Positions 41,299 through 50,639 of a stretch of DNA of 64,000 nt are shown piece by piece. Both the position numbers and the translations under genes were made by a program. Numbering within the stretch: the stretch's first letter is position 1; each line of letters begins with the position of its first letter. The stretch spans positions 2,535-66,534 of the forward strand of contig CAZNIO010000002.1 in assembly GCA_964573135.1 (NCBI GenBank), read 5' to 3'. The notes beneath the pieces were generated by a model, which saw only the letters and a program-made list of their open reading frames with translations, did not search any database and was not told the DNA's origin. This DNA comes from an uncultured Gammaproteobacteria bacterium (GTDB taxonomy: Bacteria; Patescibacteriota; Patescibacteriia; UBA2196; GWA2-42-15).

Positions 41299-41724
41299 AG
41301 TTTAAGTATATCAAAAAACCACTTTCTAATTTGATTTTCTGTTAAGCAACCCGATTATAATCATCACCAACCCACCAACAACCCAAATTGCTAGTTCAAT
41401 ACCAGTATGCAAGCTCAAACCAACAAAAACCCAAATAAGTCCCAAGATGATATGGATTTGATAAGGAAATTTTCTTTTCATATTTTTAATTTAATTAATT
41501 ATTAATTAATTTAATTATACCAAAAAACCACCTTAGTTGAAAGATGGGTTTGAAAGTCTATATTATTAAAGATTTGGTATATTTTATCCACACGAAAAAT
41601 GTTTTTTAAAAGTCATTTCTATTGTTTTATTTGAAGTATCTAAAAGGTAACACACTATTCACTTTAGCTTACCACCCCACTAAAAATCATTCCTATCAGA
41701 ATGATTTTTTGATATAATAAAATT

Positions 41725-41991
41725 ATGATAAAAAATATAATCAATTGGATATTTAGCATAGTTTTTCTTACAATCGGCGTATTGAATATATTTTTGGTAC
41801 ATCCTGTTCCGGGAATTTTTTACCTTCTTCTTTCTTTAGTTTACTTGCCTCCAATAAGCACTATTATCAAAAAAAGATTCGACTTCTCAATTCCTTACAT
41901 AGTTAAAATCATCTTGGGTCTTGTTATTCTTTGGGGAACGTTAGCCGTGGGTGAACTTATGGAAATATTTGAAGCCTGGTTGGGGCATTAA
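41725..41991 (+). CDS. Hypothetical membrane protein
   Basis: 88 aa with three predicted TM helices. Confidence 0.35.
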   Translation: MIKNIINWIFSIVFLTIGVLNIFLVHPVPGIFYLLLSLVYLPPISTIIKKRFDFSIPYIVKIILGLVILWGTLAVGELMEIFEAWLGH

Positions 41992-42131
41992 CCCTACTTT
42001 ATTTAATAATCAATTTATAACTAAATTTCTGTTGTGGCCCCACAAAAACGGAAATATTTTTTTGAAAATAAAAGCACACTATGATAAAATTAACCTAATA
42101 AGACAAAAAAATATTAACTATAAATATATCT

Positions 42132-43484
42132 ATGAATACAACAACAAAAATCCTAGCTTATTGCCTCCTTCTTATCTTCCTGGTATTGCCCTTCACCGTA
42201 AATTCCGAGGGTAGTAGTGATTTAATAATTAGCAATCTAAGTTATACAAATCTTCCCCCTGCGGGTGACGACCCTTACGCATATTTCAATATAACTATTA
42301 AGAATCAAGGTACACAAACAGCCAAATTAACCGGTGGAATATTAGAAGAGCATATTTTTTGTTTAACTATATATAATTCAACAGACGGGGAAACATACAC
42401 TGAAGTGGGCGGAAGTTGCCGAGGAAAAGATGAATTATTAAATCCACAAGCGGAAACCGAATTTAGTAATGTATTTACTTATCGAAAATCGAATTGGACA
42501 AATGCTAAAAAAGTTAAAATAACTCTGGACGATTCCGCCAATGTTGTTCATGAGAGTAATGAGTGTAACAACAGCATGATTCTTGATATTGCCAGCGGGC
42601 AAAAAACATCAGGTTGGGATAAGGATACATATTGCCAGCAAGACCCAATCCCTCCTGCTGATACTACACCTCCCACTATAAACAACGTCAGTATTGTCCA
42701 GGTTAGTGAAACTCAAATCGGAATCAGCTGGACAACAAACGAAGATACTGTTTTTCTAGTTGACTTTGGAAATTCGGCAGGAGACTATCATTTATTCGGA
42801 GGAGGCAATAATAAAAACTATAAAAAAACTCACAGCTACTCTCGAGATACCCTGGAGACGGATAAAAAATATCATTTTCAAATTACTGCCATCGATTCAT
42901 CTAGTAATACCACTCGAAGTAGTGATTTTAGTTTTACTCTTTCAAAAAACCAGGAGCCACCTGTAATCGTACCGACAACGATAAGTAATAAACCAAGCAA
43001 TATGGCCAAACGATTATCCGGCAGACTGCTTTTAAGCGTAGAGGATAACGGAAAAGTGTGGTATGTAGATGATAATAAATATCAAAGGCATAATATAACT
43101 TGGGATAACGCCTTAGCACTCTTTGAAAATTTTGCCTTAGGTATTACCGACGAAAATTTATTAAAAATTCCAGCTGCCGTGGATAGCATTAAACCTGATT
43201 TGGATACAGATGAAGATGGCTACACAGACAGATCAGAATTAACTCATGGCTTTAGCCCATATACACCTGGAGCATATCAAGGTAAATTTTCAATAGATAC
43301 TAATTTAGCCAATAGGCTAAAAGGCAAACTACTTCTTCAGGTTAATCAAAAAGGAGCAATTTGGTATGTTGACCAAGATGGAAAAAGACATAGCGTTAGA
43401 TGGGATAATTTAATGGATTTATTTAGAAAATTAGCTTTGGGTATTAATAATAATGACTTAGAAGAAATCGAAAAAAGTGAATGA
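42132..43484 (+). CDS. Secreted protein with an FN3-like domain, a Ca-binding D-x-D-x-D-G motif and two tandem ~58-aa C-terminal repeats
   Basis: Signal peptide. TTPPTINNVSIVQVSETQIGISWTT (FN3-like), DLDTDEDGYTDRSELTHGFSPYTPG, and the repeats RLSGRLLLSVEDNGKVWYVDD...WDNALALFENFALGI / RLKGKLLLQVNQKGAIWYVDQ...WDNLMDLFRKLALGI. Confidence 0.55.
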   Translation: MNTTTKILAYCLLLIFLVLPFTVNSEGSSDLIISNLSYTNLPPAGDDPYAYFNITIKNQGTQTAKLTGGILEEHIFCLTIYNSTDGETYTEVGGSCRGKDELLNPQAETEFSNVFTYRKSNWTNAKKVKITLDDSANVVHESNECNNSMILDIASGQKTSGWDKDTYCQQDPIPPADTTPPTINNVSIVQVSETQIGISWTTNEDTVFLVDFGNSAGDYHLFGGGNNKNYKKTHSYSRDTLETDKKYHFQITAIDSSSNTTRSSDFSFTLSKNQEPPVIVPTTISNKPSNMAKRLSGRLLLSVEDNGKVWYVDDNKYQRHNITWDNALALFENFALGITDENLLKIPAAVDSIKPDLDTDEDGYTDRSELTHGFSPYTPGAYQGKFSIDTNLANRLKGKLLLQVNQKGAIWYVDQDGKRHSVRWDNLMDLFRKLALGINNNDLEEIEKSE

Positions 43485-43532
43485 ATATTAACTCCTTCTT
43501 CTACCAAATATCCCCAATTATAATTCCTTCAA

Positions 43533-43570
43533 GCAAAAACGAAGTTTAAATCCTCGTTTTTGCTAATTTT
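43533..43570 (+). terminator. Rho-independent terminator after the secreted-protein gene
   Basis: GCAAAAACGAAG-TTTAAATC-CTCGTTTTTGC followed by a T-rich tail. Confidence 0.5.
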
Positions 43571-43581
43571 TACAATAAAAA

Positions 43582-43656
43582 TGTATAAGGTTGACAAAAT
43601 TTTGTATAAGGTTTACAATAAAAATGTATAAGGTTCAGCCGAATTTGTATAAGGTT
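43582..43656 (+). promoter_or_regulatory. Four direct repeats of TGTATAAGGTT at ~21-22-nt spacing (43582, 43603, 43625, 43646), overlapping a TTGACA-N17-TACAAT promoter and the RBS of the HTH-GHKL gene
   Basis: Read directly. The larger unit TACAATAAAAATGTATAAGGTT occurs twice. The -35 is at 43591..43596 and the -10 at 43614..43619. Confidence 0.55.
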
Positions 43657-43657
43657 T

Positions 43658-44392
43658 ATGGATATCAACTTAATTACAATTAAAAAAGCATCTGAAATAC
43701 TTGGTGTTTCAACTCAAACCTTACGTCGCTGGGATGAGAGTGGTCGCCTAGTTTCGGTTCGTGGAAAAAATAATTATCGTTATTATAAAAAAGAAGATAT
43801 CAATGAATATATAAAAAATAATTTAAAAGATATATTCAAAATGGCAAAAAATTGGACTTTGAACAAAGAAGGAACTGAACCACAATCTGATTTTTATTGC
43901 AAAGATATTTATATTTTTAAAGCTAGAGCAGATAAACTAGAAAGGGAATTAAATAAAACAAAAGCAACAAAAGAAATGTATGCTTTAGTTGGCAGCATTG
44001 TCGGCGAGATTGGTAATAATTCTTTTGATCACAACCTAGGCAATTGGCCAGATATCAGAGGAATATTTTTTGCTTATGATTTAACCAAGAGAATAGTTAT
44101 TTTGGCAGACAGAGGCCAGGGCATCTTGGCCACATTAAAAAAAGTTAAACCAGAATTAAATAATCATTTAGACGCCCTGAAAACTGCTTTTACTGAAATT
44201 ATTTCTGGTCGTGCGCCAGAAGCTCGCGGCAATGGCTTAAAATTTGTAAAAAAAATGGTAATGACATATAATTTAAATTTATTTTTTCAAACCGGCGACG
44301 CAATACTTAATATTTATAAAAAAAATAAAAAATTAGAAATTAAACAATCTACTGTTAATTTTCACGGTTGTTTAGCTTTAATCCAATATTAA
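43658..44392 (+). CDS. Fusion protein: MerR/excisionase-type HTH + GHKL (histidine-kinase-like, anti-sigma-factor-type) ATPase domain
   Basis: N-terminus IKKASEILGVSTQTLRRWDESGRL (MerR-type HTH). C-terminus EIGNNSFDHN...ILADRGQGI (G1 box)...GRAPEARGNGLKFV (G2 box). Confidence 0.6.
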   Translation: MDINLITIKKASEILGVSTQTLRRWDESGRLVSVRGKNNYRYYKKEDINEYIKNNLKDIFKMAKNWTLNKEGTEPQSDFYCKDIYIFKARADKLERELNKTKATKEMYALVGSIVGEIGNNSFDHNLGNWPDIRGIFFAYDLTKRIVILADRGQGILATLKKVKPELNNHLDALKTAFTEIISGRAPEARGNGLKFVKKMVMTYNLNLFFQTGDAILNIYKKNKKLEIKQSTVNFHGCLALIQY

Positions 44393-44393
44393 T

Positions 44394-44687
44394 ATGACTA
44401 TTTTATTTAAAAAATTTGGTACAACTTTAACTGGACGGCAATTTGGCAAAGAAGCTTTTGCTGCTTTTTTGCCTTCTTTAAAAGATGTGGGCAGTGACGA
44501 GAAAATAGAAGTGGATTTTGAGGGCGTTAATGTATTTACACCATCTTGGGGAGATGAATTTTTAAGTCTGCTGTTAGAAAAATTTGGCAATAGGGTATTT
44601 TTAAAAAATACACAAAACCCTTCTGTCAAAACAACTATCGAACTATTAGAAGAAATCCATAAAATCAAATTTAACGTGGAAAGTTAA
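44394..44687 (+). CDS. STAS-like (DUF4325-type) protein, putative partner of the GHKL ATPase
   Basis: 97 aa, LTGRQFGKEAFAAFLPSL...EKIEVDFEGVNVFTPSWGDEFLSLLLEKFG, matching the DUF4325 pattern (sR..g..l...l......v.lDF.gV...s.SF.de). It starts 1 nt after the upstream stop. Confidence 0.5.
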   Translation: MTILFKKFGTTLTGRQFGKEAFAAFLPSLKDVGSDEKIEVDFEGVNVFTPSWGDEFLSLLLEKFGNRVFLKNTQNPSVKTTIELLEEIHKIKFNVES

Positions 44688-44777
44688 TGCTTTTTTGACA
44701 TACAAAATAATATCGAAGCATCAAAAAAATCTCCCAAATATTTTGGGAAATTTTTTCTTTAGGTTAATTAAATAAAA

Positions 44778-45509
44778 CTAAGGACAATTAGTGGCTTTAC
44801 GGAACCCTGCGTCTTCAGCCTCTTTCTCTGTACAAAAATACTTTTCACCTTTGCGAATGTCTATTTTTACTCTATCATAATTATCACAACCAGGCACTAA
44901 ATATGTCATGCCAAAACCTTTTTCTGAAATATTCCCTTTTATAATACACTGCGGATCACTTGGCCCTAAGTCCTTTTCTTGCTTTGATGTATCAATTCTC
45001 TCTTCATAATCACACTCGCCCCATAATCCCCTCTCCTTTCTCCTCGCTTCTTCCTGAGCAGATGACAATAATGCTCGATAATATTTATCTGGTGGAATAG
45101 CCGTCGCTATAGCATAACCTTGTCGCACCAAATAGTCGTTAACTAAAACATTATCCCCGTCTTCAACCAACAAAACCGCATAGCGCAACCAACGATCATA
45201 TCTGTCCTTGTCGGTAATATCTTTTTCTAGTTTAACTTTTCTTTTATCAATTAAATCCGTTAGCGCAATCCTTGCTTCGTTATAATAACATTCACCTTTT
45301 TCTGGGCTATCAATACCCATTAGCCTAATCCTAATATTATCGTCTATTCTAAAAGTGTCTCCATCAATAACGCTCTTTACTAAATATATTTCCGTGCCTC
45401 CCAATTTATCAGAAAAAATCTTGGGAGCTAAAATCCGCCCACCCGCCAAAAGACCCAACAAAAAAAGTATAGCCCCTAAAATAAAACTATGTTTTTTATT
45501 ATAAGTCAT
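44778..45509 (-). CDS. Secreted thermonuclease (SNase-like) with a Cys-containing C-terminal extension
   Basis: Signal/TM N-terminus and SNase motifs DGDTFRID...IRLMGIDSPE...RYDRWLRYA. Confidence 0.8.
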   Translation of the reverse strand: MTYNKKHSFILGAILFLLGLLAGGRILAPKIFSDKLGGTEIYLVKSVIDGDTFRIDDNIRIRLMGIDSPEKGECYYNEARIALTDLIDKRKVKLEKDITDKDRYDRWLRYAVLLVEDGDNVLVNDYLVRQGYAIATAIPPDKYYRALLSSAQEEARRKERGLWGECDYEERIDTSKQEKDLGPSDPQCIIKGNISEKGFGMTYLVPGCDNYDRVKIDIRKGEKYFCTEKEAEDAGFRKATNCP

Positions 45510-45520
45510 AAAAACTACCC

Positions 45521-47203
45521 TTAATTATTAATATCAAATAAAAACATTCTCCCTATCCTTATCTCATCATAGGAAAAATCACTTGAAAGAATTTCTTTAA
45601 CTGGTGCTAGCTTTGTATCACCACTTTTTTTAAAAGCTCGACTTATTTCCTCTAAACGACTTGTCTCTGGAATTAAATATTCCAAATCAACATCAACTCC
45701 CCTAGCTATCATTTTCTCCAAATGAGATAATACAGTCCCCTGCGTCATTCCACGTATCTCAGCAATTTCCGCGATTGAAAGTTTTTGATCAACCAACTTC
45801 TTCGTTCTTTCCTGCGAAGAAACTTTCTTCTCTCTCCTTTTTCTTTTTTCTCCTTTTTCTTCTTCTGAAGGTAAAATTGAATTTAAAAATCCTCTTTGTC
45901 TGGCTTCTTTTTCTTTAATATCTAAATTTTGAATTTCCAAGGTATTATTTTCTGATATCCCAATAAATATTTTATCTAACTTTAATATATCTTCATTCAC
46001 TCGTAGCGCCAAATTATTTAAACCCATCAATCGCAAACCACTGATTGATCTCACTCGTGAAAGACCCACATAACCCATACCCTCTACAAATGATTTTGAA
46101 AGATCAATTTCTGCCCCATCTAAAGTCATCCCCTGACTCTTATGCACGGTAATCGCCCATGCCAACCGTAAAGGAATCTGTACTATTTCAGCTTTTATCT
46201 TCCCCTCTTCCTCAATCACCCAACTTTCAGGCATCGCTGTAATTTCATCACCCAAAAAAGTTTTAACAACCGGCATGCCATATTCATCAAAACCAATTAT
46301 CCTTCCCAAAGTCCCATTCACGTACCCCTCATCAAAATTATTTTTGACAAACATAACCATCGCTCCCTTTTTTAATATTAATTCCTCTGGTGCCAAGCAA
46401 TTCTTAGCCAAAATTTCTCCAAGCTTGCTAGCACCATGAACCTTCATGGCATATTTTTTTATTTCACCCGGCACCTTGCTCAACTCTCTATGATTTACCA
46501 TATCCACATCTACATTATGCGTAAACAGTTTAGTCGGTGTTATCTGGCCCTCAATGTCCCTCTTGTAACTGCCCCTTAATAACTCCAGGGTATGTTCGCC
46601 CGTGTCATTTGTGCGTATGTCATTCAAAACACTGGCTAAGGCATCATCACCGGTCTGCCTATACTGCTCACTTAGATAACACACCTTCAAATCCATTTCG
46701 TCCCAAATTTGAGATTTGTGAACAAATTCTGCCTTTCCCTCACCCTTACTAATTGGAGGTAATTGAAAAAAATCACCACACAATACTATTTGCATTCCTC
46801 CAAACGGGCGCATGTCCTGCCGAATCATTTTACAAACATAATCAACCATATCTAATCGATATGAATGCAACATAGAAATCTCATCTATAATCAACACCTT
46901 AGTTCGCGACAAGCGACTCCTGAGTCGCCCATTTTTTTGAAGCTTCCTTAAATCACTTTCTTGTAATTCATCTTTTATACCTATGCCTGCCCAAGAATGA
47001 ATGGTAATACCATTCATATGCGTAGCCGCAATACCAGTTGAAGCCGTTACTCCCACGGCCACTCCTTTTTCTTTTAAAAAACTAATATATCTATTCAACA
47101 AAAAAGTCTTCCCGCTTCCAGGAGACCCCGTCAAAAATACGTTCTTTCCCAATTTTAATATATCCAGTGCTTCTTGTTGTTTCATATTTATATAATATAG
47201 CAT
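45521..47203 (-). CDS. PIF1-family (RecD-like) helicase with C-terminal HTH domain
   Basis: Walker A GSPGSGKTF, motif II LIIDEISM, the Pif1 signature LCGDFFQLPPI, and the C-terminal HTH KLSIAEIAEIRGMTQGTVLSHLEKM. Confidence 0.8.
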   Translation of the reverse strand: MLYYINMKQQEALDILKLGKNVFLTGSPGSGKTFLLNRYISFLKEKGVAVGVTASTGIAATHMNGITIHSWAGIGIKDELQESDLRKLQKNGRLRSRLSRTKVLIIDEISMLHSYRLDMVDYVCKMIRQDMRPFGGMQIVLCGDFFQLPPISKGEGKAEFVHKSQIWDEMDLKVCYLSEQYRQTGDDALASVLNDIRTNDTGEHTLELLRGSYKRDIEGQITPTKLFTHNVDVDMVNHRELSKVPGEIKKYAMKVHGASKLGEILAKNCLAPEELILKKGAMVMFVKNNFDEGYVNGTLGRIIGFDEYGMPVVKTFLGDEITAMPESWVIEEEGKIKAEIVQIPLRLAWAITVHKSQGMTLDGAEIDLSKSFVEGMGYVGLSRVRSISGLRLMGLNNLALRVNEDILKLDKIFIGISENNTLEIQNLDIKEKEARQRGFLNSILPSEEEKGEKRKRREKKVSSQERTKKLVDQKLSIAEIAEIRGMTQGTVLSHLEKMIARGVDVDLEYLIPETSRLEEISRAFKKSGDTKLAPVKEILSSDFSYDEIRIGRMFLFDINN

Positions 47204-47269
47204 ACATTATTAATTTTCAAATAACAAAAAACAGCCCTAACGGCTGTTTTGTTAATATAATCTAAAAAA

Positions 47270-48727
47270 TTATCTATCAATATATTCTTTATACTGCGAA
47301 CTATTCTGCCAAGCCATCCAACTAATAGTTGGATGTACGGTCTTACCGCCAAATCTCATGGCTTGAGTAATGGCCACTCCAGGATATTTACCATAAATAT
47401 ATGCATTAGTTAAAATCGTCCAGTTAGAATCACTTACTCTAGTATAACCAATTTGTCTATGAATAAAAGCTTTTAACTCATTTATTTTCTGTTCCTCATA
47501 GGCACCCGATAATTTAGGCCTAAGATACCTTTCAGGTTTTAATCTACTTTCTAAAGTACTCCCGGGTATTAAGGGATCATAACCATATTTCATTTCATTA
47601 CCATCTCCATAAGAATCCCCATCGCTGTCAAACAAAAAAGGATCTGTACCAATTTCTAATTCATAATTATCTGATAACCCATCCTGATCATGATCAAAAA
47701 AATCAGCCACAGTATCTTTTCGTTCTTCAACTTGGGGGCCATAAGGCTCAGCTGAAGATGTAGTAAAAGTCATTTCATTAGTTATCTTACCTTTATTATA
47801 TAAACCCCCAAACGCCTCTATCTTGTAATAATATGTTTTATTAGATTCAATGTCAGTTAAAGTTATCTGATGATCTAAACTTCTCTTCTCAATATTAACA
47901 TCAATCCGCTTGTCATATTTACCCTGAGTAGTACCTAAGTGCAATCTGCTCTTGGCAGCTAAATTTGTTTTCCATTTTATAGTTGCGGAATTATTAGTCA
48001 CATAACCGGGATCAGAGGCCACTGGCCGAATATCATAAATTTGTAGTTCAATATTTCCCTTAATAATACCACCCGTTCTAAACTCTAAAAATGATATTTT
48101 TTTATTCCCTCCTTGATCTTCTGCAATAATTTTTACATAATATTTAGAATATGGATAAAGTTTGTATAAAAACATTTCATGGTATTTATGAAAGGCTTTA
48201 TAACTAGCTCTACCACCCAAGCTATCCTTGTAATACCCATACTGTACTGCTGCCCTAGTTAACTCATTTGTTTCCCAACTAATCACAGCTGCATCTCGGG
48301 TCGTCTGCAATACCCTCTGCCCGACAAACTCTGGATAAACAGTATCCTTCATGCCACCAGTAGAAAAAACTTGAACAAAAGACTCCGTCTTTTGCTGAAA
48401 TTTATTATACGCCACTATTTTATAATAATAAGTAGTATCCTTTTGTAATTCATACAAAAGAACCTCATGTGAAAAATCATAAGCTCCATAACCCGCAGTT
48501 CTTGTTAAATCCTCAGCTATTTCTCCAAAATAGATAAAGGCCTTTGTTGGCTCCTGTGCTGTATACCACTTAAGCTTAGCTGTACCATTTTTAACGTCTG
48601 TCACCTCAAAACGGCTAAAGTAAGTACTTTGAGAAAAAACCGGCATGCCAGCAAATATCAATACAAAAACAATTGCTGACAACAACAATTTTTTCATTAA
48701 ATTATGAGAGTATTTAAGCTTTATCAT
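47270..48727 (-). CDS. Secreted protein with three FN3-like domains and thrombospondin-type-3-like Ca-binding repeats
   Basis: Signal peptide, repeated FN3-like blocks (ISWETNEL..., IKWKTNLAAKS...YYYKI), and DHDQDGLSDNYELEIGTDPFLFDSDGDSYGDGNE. Confidence 0.55.
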   Translation of the reverse strand: MIKLKYSHNLMKKLLLSAIVFVLIFAGMPVFSQSTYFSRFEVTDVKNGTAKLKWYTAQEPTKAFIYFGEIAEDLTRTAGYGAYDFSHEVLLYELQKDTTYYYKIVAYNKFQQKTESFVQVFSTGGMKDTVYPEFVGQRVLQTTRDAAVISWETNELTRAAVQYGYYKDSLGGRASYKAFHKYHEMFLYKLYPYSKYYVKIIAEDQGGNKKISFLEFRTGGIIKGNIELQIYDIRPVASDPGYVTNNSATIKWKTNLAAKSRLHLGTTQGKYDKRIDVNIEKRSLDHQITLTDIESNKTYYYKIEAFGGLYNKGKITNEMTFTTSSAEPYGPQVEERKDTVADFFDHDQDGLSDNYELEIGTDPFLFDSDGDSYGDGNEMKYGYDPLIPGSTLESRLKPERYLRPKLSGAYEEQKINELKAFIHRQIGYTRVSDSNWTILTNAYIYGKYPGVAITQAMRFGGKTVHPTISWMAWQNSSQYKEYIDR

Positions 48728-48827
48728 ACATTAAAATTATATCATAAATAATAGATATTGTCAAATAAATCCCAATTTTCCCCCTTCTGTGGTATAATTA
48801 AAATATTATAAATAACCCCACAACCCC

Positions 48828-49868
48828 ATGTCTATCAATCACATTTTTAAAGCTGGTGTTGAAAAAGACGCCTCAGATATTCATTTAGTCGTCAACCGAC
48901 CACCCGTTATTAGAATCAATGGTGAACTCGTTGAACTAAAGGACTCCCCACTCACCAAATCTAAACTCGAAACACTGGTTCTCTCAATCCTAAGTGCGCC
49001 ACAAAAAGAAGAATATATTAAAAAAAGAGAATTAGATCTGGCCTATGAAATAGAAGGCTCCGGGCGCTTCAGAGTTAATCTCCATTTTGAAAAAGGCATG
49101 CCCAGCTTAGTCGCAAGAATTATTAAAGACGAAATACCAACCATGGAAGGCATTGAAATGCCAGAAATTGTCTACTCATTGGCTCGTCTCCATCAAGGCC
49201 TAATTCTTCTCACTGGTCCCACTGGATGTGGCAAATCAACCTCTCTTGCTGCCATGGTTGATCTGGTCAACAAAGAAAGAACTTGTAATATTGTAACTTT
49301 GGAAGATCCAATTGAATTCACATTTAAACCAAATAAAAGTATTGTCCGCCAAAGACAATACGGTTCTGATTTTCTTTCTTTCCCAGAAGCTTTAAAGCAC
49401 GTCGTTCGTCAAGACCCAAACGTGATTATGGTTGGCGAAATGAGAGACTTGGAAACCATCGGTGCCACATTAACACTGGCTGAAACAGGTCACCTGGTCT
49501 TAGCCACCCTTCACACTTCAAACGCATCACAAACCATAGACAGAATTATAGATATTTTTCCACCACATCAACAAGAACAAATAAGAATGCAATTATCCAT
49601 GTCGCTTGCCGGGGTCATATCCCAACAACTGATACCAACACCAGGCAACACCAGTCGTATAGCGTCTAGAGAAATAATGATCAATACCCCAGCTGTAGCC
49701 AACCTGATACGTAAAAATAAAATATCTCAAATTAAAACCATTATCCAAACCTCAGCTGACGACGGCATGACGTCCATGGATCAATCCTTAAAAATCATGG
49801 CTGAAAAAGGATTAATAGAAAAAGAGGTAGCACAAGCATACGCCGTTGATCCAAGCATGATAAAATAA
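48828..49868 (+). CDS. pilT: Type IV pilus retraction ATPase PilT
   Basis: GLILLTGPTGCGKSTSLAAMVD (Walker A), TLEDPIEF, the Asp box, the His box TLHTSNASQTIDRII, and the C-terminal AIRNLIRE-like ANLIRKNKISQI. Confidence 0.85.
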   Translation: MSINHIFKAGVEKDASDIHLVVNRPPVIRINGELVELKDSPLTKSKLETLVLSILSAPQKEEYIKKRELDLAYEIEGSGRFRVNLHFEKGMPSLVARIIKDEIPTMEGIEMPEIVYSLARLHQGLILLTGPTGCGKSTSLAAMVDLVNKERTCNIVTLEDPIEFTFKPNKSIVRQRQYGSDFLSFPEALKHVVRQDPNVIMVGEMRDLETIGATLTLAETGHLVLATLHTSNASQTIDRIIDIFPPHQQEQIRMQLSMSLAGVISQQLIPTPGNTSRIASREIMINTPAVANLIRKNKISQIKTIIQTSADDGMTSMDQSLKIMAEKGLIEKEVAQAYAVDPSMIK

Positions 49869-49923
49869 ATACTTCTAATAATTTAAAAACACCCCAATGG
49901 GGTGTTTTTAAATTATTAGAATT

Positions 49924-49996
49924 TACGCCCACTAGGGCTCGAACCTAGGACCTTATCCTTAAGAGGGATCTGCTCTACCAGCTGAGCTATGGGCGC
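49924..49996 (-). tRNA. tRNA-Lys (anticodon CUU)
   Basis: Minus strand GCGCCCATAGCTCAGCTGGTAGAGCAGATCCCTCTTAAGGATAAGGTCCTAGGTTCGAGCCCTAGTGGGCGTA. Anticodon loop CTCTTAA; G1.U72 acceptor pair. Confidence 0.75.
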
Positions 49997-50008
49997 ACAG
50001 TTTCTATT

Positions 50009-50082
50009 TGCGCCTGGAGGGACTCGAACCCCCAACCTTCTGGTCCGAAGCCAGACGCTCTATCCAGTTGAGCTACAAGCGC
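50009..50082 (-). tRNA. tRNA-Arg (anticodon UCG)
   Basis: Minus strand GCGCTTGTAGCTCAACTGGATAGAGCGTCTGGCTTCGGACCAGAAGGTTGGGGGTTCGAGTCCCTCCAGGCGCA. Anticodon stem TCTGG/CCAGA, loop CTTCGGA. Confidence 0.75.
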
Positions 50083-50228
50083 ACAAATAAAAAAATTTTT
50101 AGAAGGCGAGATTTTTAAATCTCGCCTTTAAATATAAACTAATGATTTAAAAAATAACGATACAAAACCCAAACTAAACTACACAAAATTAGCACCTCTT
50201 AAAAAGTACAACAATTTTTCAAGCCAGT

Positions 50229-50540
50229 CTAGCTATCTTCTCTTCTCTCTTCATCCACGTGGGAATGTTTTAAGGCATCCTTTAGCGTTTTGCCAGCACG
50301 AAACTTGGGTACAGTAACCGCTGGCACCTGAATCCTTTCACTTGGCTTCTGCGGATTAACTCCTCCCCTGGCTGACCTAAACTTTGCCAAAAATGTACCA
50401 AAGCCAGTCAAAGTAACCTCTTCTCCTTTCTTCAAATTCTCTATAACAACTTCCTCAAAACCCTCTAGGACTTGAGTTACCACTTTCTTGTCTAAAGACA
50501 CCTTGTTTGCTAGTTTTTCGATTAGCTCTACTTTGTTCAT
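50229..50540 (-). CDS. hup: DNA-binding protein HU
   Basis: MNKVELIEKLANKVSLDKKVVTQVLEGFEEVV...GFGTF...R.ARGG.NPQ. A terminator hairpin follows at 50104..50127. Confidence 0.9.
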   Translation of the reverse strand: MNKVELIEKLANKVSLDKKVVTQVLEGFEEVVIENLKKGEEVTLTGFGTFLAKFRSARGGVNPQKPSERIQVPAVTVPKFRAGKTLKDALKHSHVDEERREDS

Positions 50541-50639
50541 ATGTTTCTAATCTTTTTTAACAAATTAAGACCTTTTACTAATAAAATATAACACTTTTAT
50601 TAAATTCTAGCAAAATTATTAAAAAACAACAAGTTTAGT

